DNA from: Dehalococcoidia bacterium
GTDB taxonomy: Bacteria; Chloroflexota; Dehalococcoidia; Lucifugimonadales; JAGWBF01
DNA length: 64,000 nt
Assembly (NCBI GenBank): GCA_965261965.1
Contig: OZ253489.1
Span: 3,026,281 to 3,090,280 of the forward strand
Direction: 5' to 3'
A program made the position numbers and the translations under genes. Positions within the stretch are counted from its first letter, which is position 1. Each line of letters begins with the position of its first letter. The notes under the pieces were generated by a model. It did no database searches. It was not told the origin of the DNA and saw only the letters and a program-made list of their open reading frames with translations. Below, piece by piece: positions 9,018 through 18,223 of this stretch.

Positions 9018-10448
9018 ATGTTGGACCTTATCATTAGAGGCGGGCAGGTGGTGACACCTTGGGGGGTCGGAAACTGGGATGTGGCAGTCCAAGGTGAAAA
9101 GATCGTTGCTGTAGCTCTGGAAGGAACGCTGCCCGGCGAGGTCGGCCGGGTCTTGGATGCGACCGGGAAGGTCGTGGCGCCTGGTGGGATTGAGCCCCAT
9201 GCCCACATCGCTGCACCCATCGCGGGGCAACCCGATAAGTACACAGCCCCACCTGAACAGGTGAGCAGGGCAGCTCTCTTTGGCGGCACAACCACCTTGA
9301 CCGACTTTGCCATCCAAAATAGGGATGTCGATATCTTCCAAGCCATCGATGAACGGACCAGCCGGTGGGCTGGCAACTCCTACTGTGATTACTCCCACCA
9401 TTGCATGTTGCTGGGGGAGGTTCCCACCCGGGTAATCGAACAGATCCCGGAAGTTGTCCAAGCCGGTTTCCCCACGTTCAAGATATTTACCACCAACATA
9501 CGCCCCAGAGAGAACATTGCAGAAGGGGACGGCCGCTTGGTGGGTATGGGTCATTTGTCCGGCATAATGGACAAAGCTGCAGCCAGCGGCGGGCTGATGT
9601 TCGTCCATTCGGAAGATGACGATATCGTCCAGTACATGTATAAGAAACTTGCGGAAGAGGAACGCACCGAATGGTTCAACATCCATGAAGTGCATAACAA
9701 CATGTCTGAAGATGTGTCCTTCCGCCGGGTGCTGCGGGTTGCTGAATGGACGGAAGCTGCGGTCTACTTCGTTCATGTCAGCGCCAAGGAAGGAGTGAAT
9801 GCCATACGGGAAGCACGGGGGAAGGGGATGCCCGTATATGGCGAGACCCTTCATAACTACGCCAGTTTCAACGCTGAAGATTATAAGCAGCCCGACGGTA
9901 TGAAGTACCACACCTACCCATCTCTGAAATCCGAAGAAGACCGGCAAGCCCTATGGGCAGGTCTGATCAAGGGCGGCATCAACAGCATGGCGACTGATGA
10001 ATACTGCACCGACTTTGCCACCAAAATCGCTGGTAGAACAACCCACGATATCACCGGCGGGCATAATGGCGCGGAAACCAGGGTGGGAATCACCTACAGC
10101 GAAGGGGTTTCCAAGCAAGGCATGTCCTTGGAACGGTTCGTCGATGTAACATCAGCCAATGCGGCCAAGATCATGGGATACTACCCTCGTAAGGGAGCCA
10201 TCGCTCCCGGAAGCGATGCCGACATCGTTTTGATCGATCCCAATTTCTCCAAAGCCCTTTCGATGAGCGACCTTCACATTGGCGACTACAGCATCTGGGA
10301 AGGTTGGGATGTGCAAGGATGGCCGGTAACCACCATACTGCGCGGGAAAGTGGTGGTTGAAAATGGTGAGTTCCTTGGCTCCTTGGGCGATGGCTTATTG
10401 ATTCCTCGGAAAATAGGTGGAGATATTCTAAGCAGACCAGCTTGTTAG
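9018..10448 (+). CDS. Dihydropyrimidinase/D-hydantoinase-like cyclic amidohydrolase
   Basis: MLDLIIRGGQVVTP..., GGIEPHAHI (HxH), TFKIFT (carbamylated-Lys region), FVHSED, ATDEYC. ATG at 9018 lies 7 nt after AGGAGG. Confidence 0.85.
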   Translation: MLDLIIRGGQVVTPWGVGNWDVAVQGEKIVAVALEGTLPGEVGRVLDATGKVVAPGGIEPHAHIAAPIAGQPDKYTAPPEQVSRAALFGGTTTLTDFAIQNRDVDIFQAIDERTSRWAGNSYCDYSHHCMLLGEVPTRVIEQIPEVVQAGFPTFKIFTTNIRPRENIAEGDGRLVGMGHLSGIMDKAAASGGLMFVHSEDDDIVQYMYKKLAEEERTEWFNIHEVHNNMSEDVSFRRVLRVAEWTEAAVYFVHVSAKEGVNAIREARGKGMPVYGETLHNYASFNAEDYKQPDGMKYHTYPSLKSEEDRQALWAGLIKGGINSMATDEYCTDFATKIAGRTTHDITGGHNGAETRVGITYSEGVSKQGMSLERFVDVTSANAAKIMGYYPRKGAIAPGSDADIVLIDPNFSKALSMSDLHIGDYSIWEGWDVQGWPVTTILRGKVVVENGEFLGSLGDGLLIPRKIGGDILSRPAC

Positions 10449-10465
10449 CAGACAGGAGAGCACTG

Positions 10466-10801
10466 ATGTTCAAAAGGTTGTATTCGGGCGATGATCAACA
10501 GTCCCACCTTGAGGATTTGGACCCTGCTTTCGGTCAGATAGATGGACCGGTCCTTCAACCAGCTACGGGCGTTACCTTCCGGAAGTCCGAGCCCGGCTAC
10601 TTTATCGATTTCCATCCGGCGCCACGCCGTCAGTACGTCATCACCTTGGAAGGTGAGGTGGAAATCGGCTTGGGGGATGGCACAACGCACCGGTTCGGCC
10701 CTGGCGATGTCATGCTGGCAGATGACCTGACGGGCAAAGGCCATACAACCAAGGTGGTCGGCGATGTTGCCCGGGTTTCTGTAGCAATCCCCTTGGACTG
10801 A
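10466..10801 (+). CDS. Small cupin-like beta-barrel protein, unknown function (paralog 1)
   Basis: 111 aa from ATG 10466 after CAGGAGAG. Shares HPAPRRQ...FGPGDV...DLTGKGHTT with the next gene. Confidence 0.55.
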   Translation: MFKRLYSGDDQQSHLEDLDPAFGQIDGPVLQPATGVTFRKSEPGYFIDFHPAPRRQYVITLEGEVEIGLGDGTTHRFGPGDVMLADDLTGKGHTTKVVGDVARVSVAIPLD

Positions 10802-10927
10802 CCTGCGGGCATTGGCTGTTTTAGCGAAAGTTCCTTTGGCGGTGAGGTCGGCCGGCATCTTGGAGGCGGGACCCACTCGTCATTAGAACCGCATCTGGAC
10901 CCCATTTCGTATCAAGGAGATATAGGC

Positions 10928-11254
10928 ATGTTCTACAGAACTTACACCGGCGACGATGGTGAAACCCACTTCGAAGCTATAGATTCTCCCAAAGGCCCGG
11001 TCAACGTGGACCCCAACGGCACGATATCGATAACCCACTGGGAGCCGGGGCATTTCGTCGACCTCCATCCGGCGCCTCGCAGGCAGTTTCACATCACCTT
11101 ATCGGGAACGGGTGAATTGGTATCTACCAACGGGACCCGTCAGGCATTTGGTCCTGGGGATGTGAACTTGGTGGAAGATCTGACCGGCAAGGGTCATACC
11201 ACCGCCGCGATAGGTGATGAAACCAGGGTGTTTATTTCCATCCCTCTGGCGTAG
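10928..11254 (+). CDS. Small cupin-like beta-barrel protein, unknown function (paralog 2)
   Basis: 108 aa, AAGGAG RBS. Colinear with 10466-10801 (MFYRTYTGDDGETHFE vs MFKRLYSGDDQQSHLE). Confidence 0.55.
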   Translation: MFYRTYTGDDGETHFEAIDSPKGPVNVDPNGTISITHWEPGHFVDLHPAPRRQFHITLSGTGELVSTNGTRQAFGPGDVNLVEDLTGKGHTTAAIGDETRVFISIPLA

Positions 11255-11312
11255 TTCTTGATCTAACAGGTACAAGCAACCGGCAGCAACCGGCAAGCAA
11301 AGGACGAAATAC

Positions 11313-14054
11313 ATGGTCTTGTCAGCTATGGACGAGATGCCCAAGGCTTATGATGCGAATGAAGTCGAAGGCCGAATCTACAGCTTCTGGATGGAACGTT
11401 CCTACTTTACGCCCCAGTTAGACCCTGACAAGCAGCCCTTTGTGGTTATCATGCCTCCGCCGAACGTCACCGGTGAGCTGCACTTGGGTCATGCACTGAC
11501 AGCATCTATCGAAGATGTGCTCTGCCGCTGGCACCGGATGATGGGAGATGCTACGTTGTGGCTCCCCGGCAAAGATCATGCCGGAATCGCCACCCAATGG
11601 GTGGTGGAGCAGCAGCTTGCAAGGCAGGGAACCAGCCGCCAAGAGCTTGGCAGGGAGCGGTTTGTTGAGCAGGTATGGGAGTGGGTGCACCAGTACGGCA
11701 ACCGGATAGATGAACAACACAAGCGGTTGGGAGCATCTTGCGATTGGTCTCGCTTGAGCTTCACCTTGGACCCAGGACCAAGCCATGCGGTCCGCACCAC
11801 CTTCGTCAACCTCTACAACAAAGGATTGATCTATCGCGGCGAGCGGATAATCAACTGGTGCCCCAGGTGCTCCACAGCACTATCGGACTTGGAAGTCGAA
11901 CATGAAGAGCAGGAAGGAGCCTTCTACTTCATTCGCTATCCGATGCTTTCAGGAAACGGCCATGTGACAGTTGCAACCACCCGCCCCGAAACGATGCTCG
12001 GCGATACCGGGGTGGCGGTCCACCCGGAAGATGACCGTTACCGGGCTGCCGTGGGGCATAAGGTGAGATTGCCGATCATGGATAGGGAAATCCCCGTGGT
12101 TGCCGACGAAGCTATCGATCCCCGGTTCGGGACCGGTGCCCTCAAGGTCACGCCCGGGCATGATGTCACCGACTTCGAGATCGGCAGGCGGCATGACCTT
12201 CCGGTGATTACCATCATCGGCCAAGACGGGCGTATGGCTGAGGAAGCTGGAGAATATGCGGGGACGGAGCGGTTCCAATGCCGTACCAAGATTGTTCAGC
12301 AGCTACAGGATGAAGGCTACCTGGAGAAGGTCGAAGCTTACCGGCATTCGGTGGGCCATTGCCAACGATGCAAAACGGTGGTTGAACCCCTGATCAGCAC
12401 ACAATGGTTTTTGAATGTCGGGAGCTACGACGCTCCTGATTCCATTGCAGGCCGCGCATACCGGGCGGTTACCGAGGGCCGCATTCGCATCGTTCCTGAA
12501 CGGTTTTCCAGCGTATACCGGAACTGGCTCGAAAACATTCGCGACTGGTGCATTAGCCGCCAGCTTTGGTGGGGCCACCGCATTCCGGTATGGTACTGTC
12601 GTTCTTGCGGTGACTGCGTGGTCTCGGTCGATGATCCAACTACGTGCGTTCATTGCGGTTCAGCAGACCTGTGGCAGGATGCCGATGTTCTGGATACATG
12701 GTTTAGCTCAGGATTATGGCCCCATTCCACCTTGGGGTGGCCTGAGGACGCCGCTGATTTTTCCTACTTCTATCCATCGGAGAACTTTGACCCAACTGCA
12801 TCAGGGCACAACTCCTTCGTCATGGAAACCGGCTACGATATCCTGTTCTTCTGGGTAGCCCGGATGATCATGATGGGGTTGGAAAACACAGGGCGGGAAC
12901 CTTTTCATACCGTCTTCCTCCACGGTCTGATCCGTGATACCGAGGGAGTCAAGATGAGCAAGACCAAGGGCAATGTTCTTGATCCTCTGCAGCTCATTGA
13001 TGAGTTTGGCACCGATGCCCTGCGCTTTGCCCTGACCACAGGAACAGCTCCAGGCAACGATTTGCGTTTGGGAGAATCCAAGCTGGAGTCCAGCCGCAAT
13101 TTTGCCAACAAGTTGTGGAATGCTTCCCGGTATGTGCTATCCAACATCAATCAGGCAGATACTGCTTCATTGGCGGGATGGCTCACATTGCATCCGACGT
13201 CGGATATGGACCGGCAGGACCGGTGGATACTCGACCGTCTCGGCATCCTCACCGGTTCGGTGAATAAGTCCTTGGAAGAATATGAGCTGGGTGAAGCTCA
13301 GCGGGCGATTTACGAGTTCCTCTGGGGGGACTATTGCGATTGGTACATTGAGATGGCCAAGGTCCGCATCCGGGCAGGGGATGCATCTCCCCTGAAGGCG
13401 CTGGCCCATGTTCTTGAGAAGACCCTCAGGCTGCTTCATCCATTCATGCCCTTCATTACCGAGGATATCTGGCAGAACTTGGTCCGCCGGCTCCCCGAGA
13501 GGGACGGTCTTCCCGAGGCGATCATGATCGCCTCATACCCGACCTTCCATGGCGCCGAGGTAGATGCCGTTGCCACCGATGAGATGCAGAATATCCTTCA
13601 AGCTGTACGAGCCATACGAAATGCCCGCGCACAGCTTCATATAGCTCCTGGACAAAAACTCCCTGTGGTCTTGGTTGCCGGATCCATGGCTGGAGCTGTG
13701 GAAGATGAAGCTGAGGTAATCAAAGCCTTGGCCAAGGTGGAGCCGTTGACGATTTCTTCCGACTCTGATGGTCGCTCAGCGTCAGCCGATCAGGTGATGA
13801 CCATGGTGGTCGGCCCGATGGTGATAAAGGTGCCGTTGGCTGGGCTTATAGATATTTCATCAGAGCGGGGCCGATTGGAAGGCGAGCTCAAAGAAACCCG
13901 TGAAGCTTTGGACCGCGTACGGAAGCTGTTGTCCGACCAGAGCTTCAGTAGCAGGGCACCCGAAGATGTGGTGGAGCGGGAACAGGGACGGGCTCAGTCC
14001 ATGCAGGAGCGCCAAGAGCGGCTGCAACAGGTCTTGGCTCAACTGCCTGTGTAG
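11313..14054 (+). CDS. valS: Valine--tRNA ligase
   Basis: HIGH motif PPPNVTGELHLGHAL, KMSKS motif KMSKTKGN, C-terminal coiled coil, ~900 aa. The exact start is ambiguous (ATG at 11313, 11328 or 11337). Confidence 0.95.
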   Translation: MVLSAMDEMPKAYDANEVEGRIYSFWMERSYFTPQLDPDKQPFVVIMPPPNVTGELHLGHALTASIEDVLCRWHRMMGDATLWLPGKDHAGIATQWVVEQQLARQGTSRQELGRERFVEQVWEWVHQYGNRIDEQHKRLGASCDWSRLSFTLDPGPSHAVRTTFVNLYNKGLIYRGERIINWCPRCSTALSDLEVEHEEQEGAFYFIRYPMLSGNGHVTVATTRPETMLGDTGVAVHPEDDRYRAAVGHKVRLPIMDREIPVVADEAIDPRFGTGALKVTPGHDVTDFEIGRRHDLPVITIIGQDGRMAEEAGEYAGTERFQCRTKIVQQLQDEGYLEKVEAYRHSVGHCQRCKTVVEPLISTQWFLNVGSYDAPDSIAGRAYRAVTEGRIRIVPERFSSVYRNWLENIRDWCISRQLWWGHRIPVWYCRSCGDCVVSVDDPTTCVHCGSADLWQDADVLDTWFSSGLWPHSTLGWPEDAADFSYFYPSENFDPTASGHNSFVMETGYDILFFWVARMIMMGLENTGREPFHTVFLHGLIRDTEGVKMSKTKGNVLDPLQLIDEFGTDALRFALTTGTAPGNDLRLGESKLESSRNFANKLWNASRYVLSNINQADTASLAGWLTLHPTSDMDRQDRWILDRLGILTGSVNKSLEEYELGEAQRAIYEFLWGDYCDWYIEMAKVRIRAGDASPLKALAHVLEKTLRLLHPFMPFITEDIWQNLVRRLPERDGLPEAIMIASYPTFHGAEVDAVATDEMQNILQAVRAIRNARAQLHIAPGQKLPVVLVAGSMAGAVEDEAEVIKALAKVEPLTISSDSDGRSASADQVMTMVVGPMVIKVPLAGLIDISSERGRLEGELKETREALDRVRKLLSDQSFSSRAPEDVVEREQGRAQSMQERQERLQQVLAQLPV

Positions 14055-14077
14055 TCTGGCTTCCGGTAGCTTTGGTA

Positions 14078-14809
14078 TCAGGCGCCCAGGAAGGTGTCTG
14101 AGGGTCGGAGCTTGTGAATCCTTTCCAAGCCCTTCTTGGTGTCGCTGGCCACCCTCGCCGGGTCCCAGATTCGCACCCGGCGCTTGAATAGCCAGTAGGT
14201 AAATTCTTTGAGATCGCTCAGTGAGTGGGCGCCCTTCTGGCTCCTGTTGGTTTCCTTCACGAACTCTATGAATAAGCTGGTCCGAGTTCTTTCATATAAT
14301 CGAACGAACACCTCTTCGACCAGTTCTTCGTTGTCGGAGTATCCGCGGGCACAATGCTGTTTGCGTACCTCTTCTTCCACCTTGAGCTGCAGGGCTTCTT
14401 CCACCACAACGCCGTACCAGTAGTTCAAGAACGCCTGATGTTTAGCATCGCCGATGAGGGATTTGAACTTTTCTGCGGTGAGGGTTTTGGGTAGTTTTCC
14501 TTGGAAGAGGAGCTTTTCTTTTTCGGCCGCGGGTATTGCTCCATCCAGCTCGTTGCATAGCCTTTCAGCTAGCACCAGCCAATCGAATGCTTCTCCTTGT
14601 AACAGATAGCTGTAGCTGCGTCCTTTATGGTCTTCTTCAGCTAGGGTCCACATACCGATTGCTTCCAGAAGCGCTTCGCACCAATCGCGCCCCGTTTCCA
14701 ACTGGCGCTTCAGATGGGCGACAGTAGGAATTTCCATCTTCGAAAGGTTCGAAGGTGGCGACTGCACCTCATGCGGGTCCTTCGATTTGGTTGGTCGTTT
14801 TGTTTTCAT
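14078..14809 (-). CDS. Hypothetical protein (243 aa), no recognisable motif
   Basis: Long ORF 15 nt downstream of the polX stop on the same strand. Non-repetitive composition. No family recognised. Confidence 0.55.
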   Translation of the reverse strand: MKTKRPTKSKDPHEVQSPPSNLSKMEIPTVAHLKRQLETGRDWCEALLEAIGMWTLAEEDHKGRSYSYLLQGEAFDWLVLAERLCNELDGAIPAAEKEKLLFQGKLPKTLTAEKFKSLIGDAKHQAFLNYWYGVVVEEALQLKVEEEVRKQHCARGYSDNEELVEEVFVRLYERTRTSLFIEFVKETNRSQKGAHSLSDLKEFTYWLFKRRVRIWDPARVASDTKKGLERIHKLRPSDTFLGA

Positions 14810-14824
14810 AAGTAAATCCAGGAG

Positions 14825-16058
14825 CTACAGGCGGGCGTAATGAATCGATATGCGGTGTGGCTTTGGGGTTCGTATGTAGCCCAGGAACTCCTCTGCCGGA
14901 AGGGTGTTCAGGATGTGTTTGGGTTCACACCAACCGCGTCGAGCCGAAGCTACCCCGAAACGCATCTTGTCCAGGTGAGTGTGGGAATGGGAATCGGTGC
15001 TTATAACCAAGGGGACTCCCAACTGTTGTGCCCTCATGATATGTGTGTCTTTAAGGTCCAGCCGTTCGGGCGCTGAGTTGATCTCCATTGCTGTGCCCGT
15101 TTCCAGAGCTGCTTTGAATAATGCTTCCATATCGACCTCCGCGGCTTCGCGGCTGCCCAGCAACCGCCCGGTGGGATGACCGATGATGGTCACATGAGGG
15201 TTATTCATAGCTGCTATGATCCGTGCCGTCATGTGCTCCGAATCTTGCCCCAAGGATGAATGGACCGATGCAACGACGATGTCCAGCTCGGCCAACAGAT
15301 GGTCGGGATAGTCAAGGGAGCCGTCGGACCGGATGTCTACCTCAGACCCATGCAGGACTTTGATGTCCGTCCGTTCCTTCATGGAACGGAGTATGGTCAT
15401 CTGCTCCAGAAGCCTTTCATTGGAAAGGCCGTTGGCGATGCCCCGGCCCGATGAATGGTTGGTGATAGCAACGTACTGATGACCAAGGTCAGCCGCCGCA
15501 GCTATCATTTCATGAATAGGATCGCGGCCATCGCTCCATTCGGTATGTACGTGCAGGTCGCCTTTGATGTCCGATGTTTCCACAAGGGCAGGAAGCGTGC
15601 CTTCCTTGGCAAGGTCGATCTCCCGCAGCCCCTCTCGTATTTCAGGAGGGATGAAGTCCAGCCCCAGCCGCTCGTAGAAGCTGGCTTCATCAGCATACTT
15701 CTCCAAAGTGTTCTGCTGCAGGTCGGTGATACCGTATTCATTCAGAGATAGTCCCTGTTGATTCGCATAGTCCCGCAGGCGGATGTTGTGCTGTTGGCTG
15801 CCTGTAAAGTATTGAAGCATAGCTCCGAAGGATTCAGGTTCTACAACGCGCATATCGATCTGGATGCCTGGGTCCACAAACACGCTGGATTTCTTAAGGC
15901 CGTGCACCAGAACTTCCCGCACCACGGGCAAGCCTACCAAGGTATCCATAACATGGGCAGGATCGTCGGCGGTGCACATGATGTCTACGTCGCCGATGGT
16001 CTCTTTCCAGCGTCGGAGGCTGCCAACTGCCTGCATGGAGCCTATGCCAGGACATAGG
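14825..16058 (-). pseudogene. polX: DNA polymerase X, C-terminal fragment (palm/thumb + PHP domain), separated from its N-terminus by an IS
   Basis: ...GSLRRWKETIGDVDIM (PolX catalytic GSxRR/GDxD region) and the PHP motif GDLHVHTEWSDG. The frame is open upstream of the annotated Met back to the IS end at 16058/16059. Confidence 0.85.
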
Positions 16059-17652
16059 AGTTTGTCTCATAGACCGGTGGGCGGGTTGAGTAACACAGGT
16101 GTGGGAGCGATGCGCCTCAACAGAGGTTGGCCCGTCCAGTTGCACCGGCCACTTGTCGGCCCCCAGAAAGGTCGTCTACTCTCTTAGTTCCATGGCGCCT
16201 TGACCCAGTCCCAAGGCGCTTGGCCGCTGCGCCATAGCTTGAGCAAGTTATGGGTCGTCCCTGCCAGCGACCACTCACTCTGTGCAGCGCCCAACCCCCG
16301 TCTCATAAACCGTCGGAACCCCTGGCCTTCCTTGACCTGTCCGAACACCGGCTCCACCAGTACACCCCGCTTCTTGTACAGAGCTCGGCCTCGCTTTGTC
16401 AGCAGCTTGCGCTCCATCCTGTCCCTCGGGCTCAGTCCTTTTGGTATACGCCCTCGGGGACACCCCTTCTCCCATAGCAGCTTCCGCTGTTTCCAATCCT
16501 TGGTGGTGGCAATAAGAAGCTCAGGCATCTCTGGCCAGGGGCAAGCCCTGATGTTGGCCTCACTCCAGTACCCGGCATCGGCCAAGCCCGCTTTGGGCCG
16601 GTCCTCTATGCCGGCTGCTTCCAGAGTATGCGCCATGGTTTGGAGCATCGGCTCCAGTTGCTGCACATCGTTGGCCTCTTGGGTCACTCCAACGGCTACT
16701 ATGATCTGCTCCTCGCTCACCACCGCCTGGGCATTGTAGCCCTGCACGTACCCTTGCCTGGTCTTCATGATACGACTGTCCGGGTCGGTGGTATTAGCCT
16801 TCGCCCCTTCGGTAGGAAGTGGTTCTACCACCTTGGGCTTTCGCCCTCGCTTCTTTTTGCCTGTGACATCTTCTTCTGCCCGCCGTCGCTCCACGTGCTC
16901 TTGGACAGCCTTGGCTCCTGCTTCAGCCTCCCGCTGCAGACGTTCCTTGGCTTCCTTCAGGCGCTTGAGCCGCTCCGTCCGTCCCCCTAGCCCTTCCGGT
17001 AGCTCATCCCCTCGCCGGTCGGGACCATAATGGGCATCCTCTTCAGCATCCGTTGCCTTGGCCTCTGCCAACATGCGCCGCACTTCTTCTTCAATGGCCT
17101 GGTGGCTCCGGTTGGTGGCCAGGGCCGCGTTGGCTGCCACCTTCGTCCCATCAAGAGCCACTACCCCCAACTTCACCAGACCCGCTTCATGGCATAACCT
17201 CAGTACCTCTACAAAGAGCTCCTCGAACGCCTCCTCGCGCTCCGCCCTAAAGCGACAGATGGTACGGAAGTCTGGCTGCCGGTTGGCCGCCACCACCCGG
17301 AATCCTACATCTTCCTCCAGAGCACGGGCTATGCGCCTGGAACTGCGTACACCCAGGCAGTAGCCGTACAACAGGATGGCCACCATCATCCCCGGATCGT
17401 AGGCCGCTGCACCCCATCCATCACTTCGATAGACTGCATAGAACTCCCTCAGATCCATCTGGCCTACTGCATCTACAATGAACCAAGCCAAGTGACCCTC
17501 ACTCAGCCAATCCCTCATGGACGGCGGCATCAAGTAGCTCTGGTCTCGCTCGCAACTCAGAAGGTTATAAGCCATAGTGTCCTACCTGCCTGATGTTTCT
17601 ATGAGCTTACTGCTTCGCCAACCCCGCAGGAAGGGGGTTTATGGGACACGCT
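16059..17652 (-). mobile_element. IS element, IS1182/IS5-like (1594 bp), inserted in polX
   Basis: Imperfect terminal inverted repeats: AGTTTGTCTCATAGACC at 16059, and AGCGTGTCCCATAAACC as the reverse complement of 17636-17652 (13 of 18 positions match). Flanked by the 6-bp direct repeat CATAGG (16053-16058 and 17653-17658). Confidence 0.85.
16184..17575 (-). CDS. DDE transposase, IS1182/IS5-like (N-terminal DUF772-type domain)
   Basis: 463 aa. Contains LMPPSMRDWLSEGHLAWFIVDAV...AYDPGMMVAILLYGYCLGVRSSRRIA...ALDGTKVAANA...DPDSRIM...GYNAQAVV...ADAGYWSE, a pattern I recognise from IS1182-type transposases. The family name is from memory. Confidence 0.8.
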   Translation of the reverse strand: MAYNLLSCERDQSYLMPPSMRDWLSEGHLAWFIVDAVGQMDLREFYAVYRSDGWGAAAYDPGMMVAILLYGYCLGVRSSRRIARALEEDVGFRVVAANRQPDFRTICRFRAEREEAFEELFVEVLRLCHEAGLVKLGVVALDGTKVAANAALATNRSHQAIEEEVRRMLAEAKATDAEEDAHYGPDRRGDELPEGLGGRTERLKRLKEAKERLQREAEAGAKAVQEHVERRRAEEDVTGKKKRGRKPKVVEPLPTEGAKANTTDPDSRIMKTRQGYVQGYNAQAVVSEEQIIVAVGVTQEANDVQQLEPMLQTMAHTLEAAGIEDRPKAGLADAGYWSEANIRACPWPEMPELLIATTKDWKQRKLLWEKGCPRGRIPKGLSPRDRMERKLLTKRGRALYKKRGVLVEPVFGQVKEGQGFRRFMRRGLGAAQSEWSLAGTTHNLLKLWRSGQAPWDWVKAPWN

Positions 17653-18188
17653 CATAGGGACCTGAGATTCGCAATGATCTCTTCGGCCACCGGCATAGCT
17701 TGGCCCAAGGGTGTGCGCTGGTCTTTGGTCCTGTAAGATCGGATGTGGCGGAGTATGGTGTCCGCGCTTTTTTCACCCATCCGGGGCAGTGCGGCCAGCG
17801 ATCCATCCAAGGCGGCTTCTTCCACCCTTTGCAGCGTGGCGACACCCAGTTCTTTGGCGATCATCGAAGCGGTTTTGGGTCCGATGCCCGGTACGTTCAT
17901 CAGCGTGAGCACGCCGTCGGGAAGCTCGGCCTTCAGCTTTTCGAAAGCTTGCACCTCATTGGTGTCGATCAGCTCCTTGATCTTCTTGCTGATAGCATCG
18001 CCGATGCCTGGGATGGCCTTCAGGTCCATCCCGTCATCCAATGCTTGGGTCAAGGGGAAAGCAAGCTGGTCTATGGTGCGGGCTGCCCTTTGGTACGCCC
18101 GGATCTTGAATATCGCATCCCCCTTGACCTCCAGAAGGGCGGCCATATCCTCAAACATTCGGGCTATCTCTTCGTTGCTGGTGGGCAT
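17653..18188 (-). pseudogene. polX: DNA polymerase X, N-terminal fragment (8-kDa/HhH + fingers)
   Basis: MPTSNEEIARMFEDMAALLEVKGDAIFKIRAYQRAARTI... is a typical bacterial PolX N-terminus. It ends ...ANLRSL at a TGA that spans the target/IS junction (17652-17654). Confidence 0.85.
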
Positions 18189-18223
18189 ATCAGTCAGCTC
18201 TTAAGGGGCAGTTGGGACTCCCT

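Noticed and set aside
16049-17662. Alternative IS boundaries that include CTATG/CTAT in the inverted repeats (22-bp IR, 16 of 22 matches) with a 4-bp GTCC target duplication.
   Set aside because: Excision under that model gives AGG TCC TGG CAT AGG..., which is out of frame with the downstream GSLRR/GDVD PolX motifs. The 6-bp CCTATG model restores a colinear PolX. The extra IR similarity is explained by the quasi-palindromic target.
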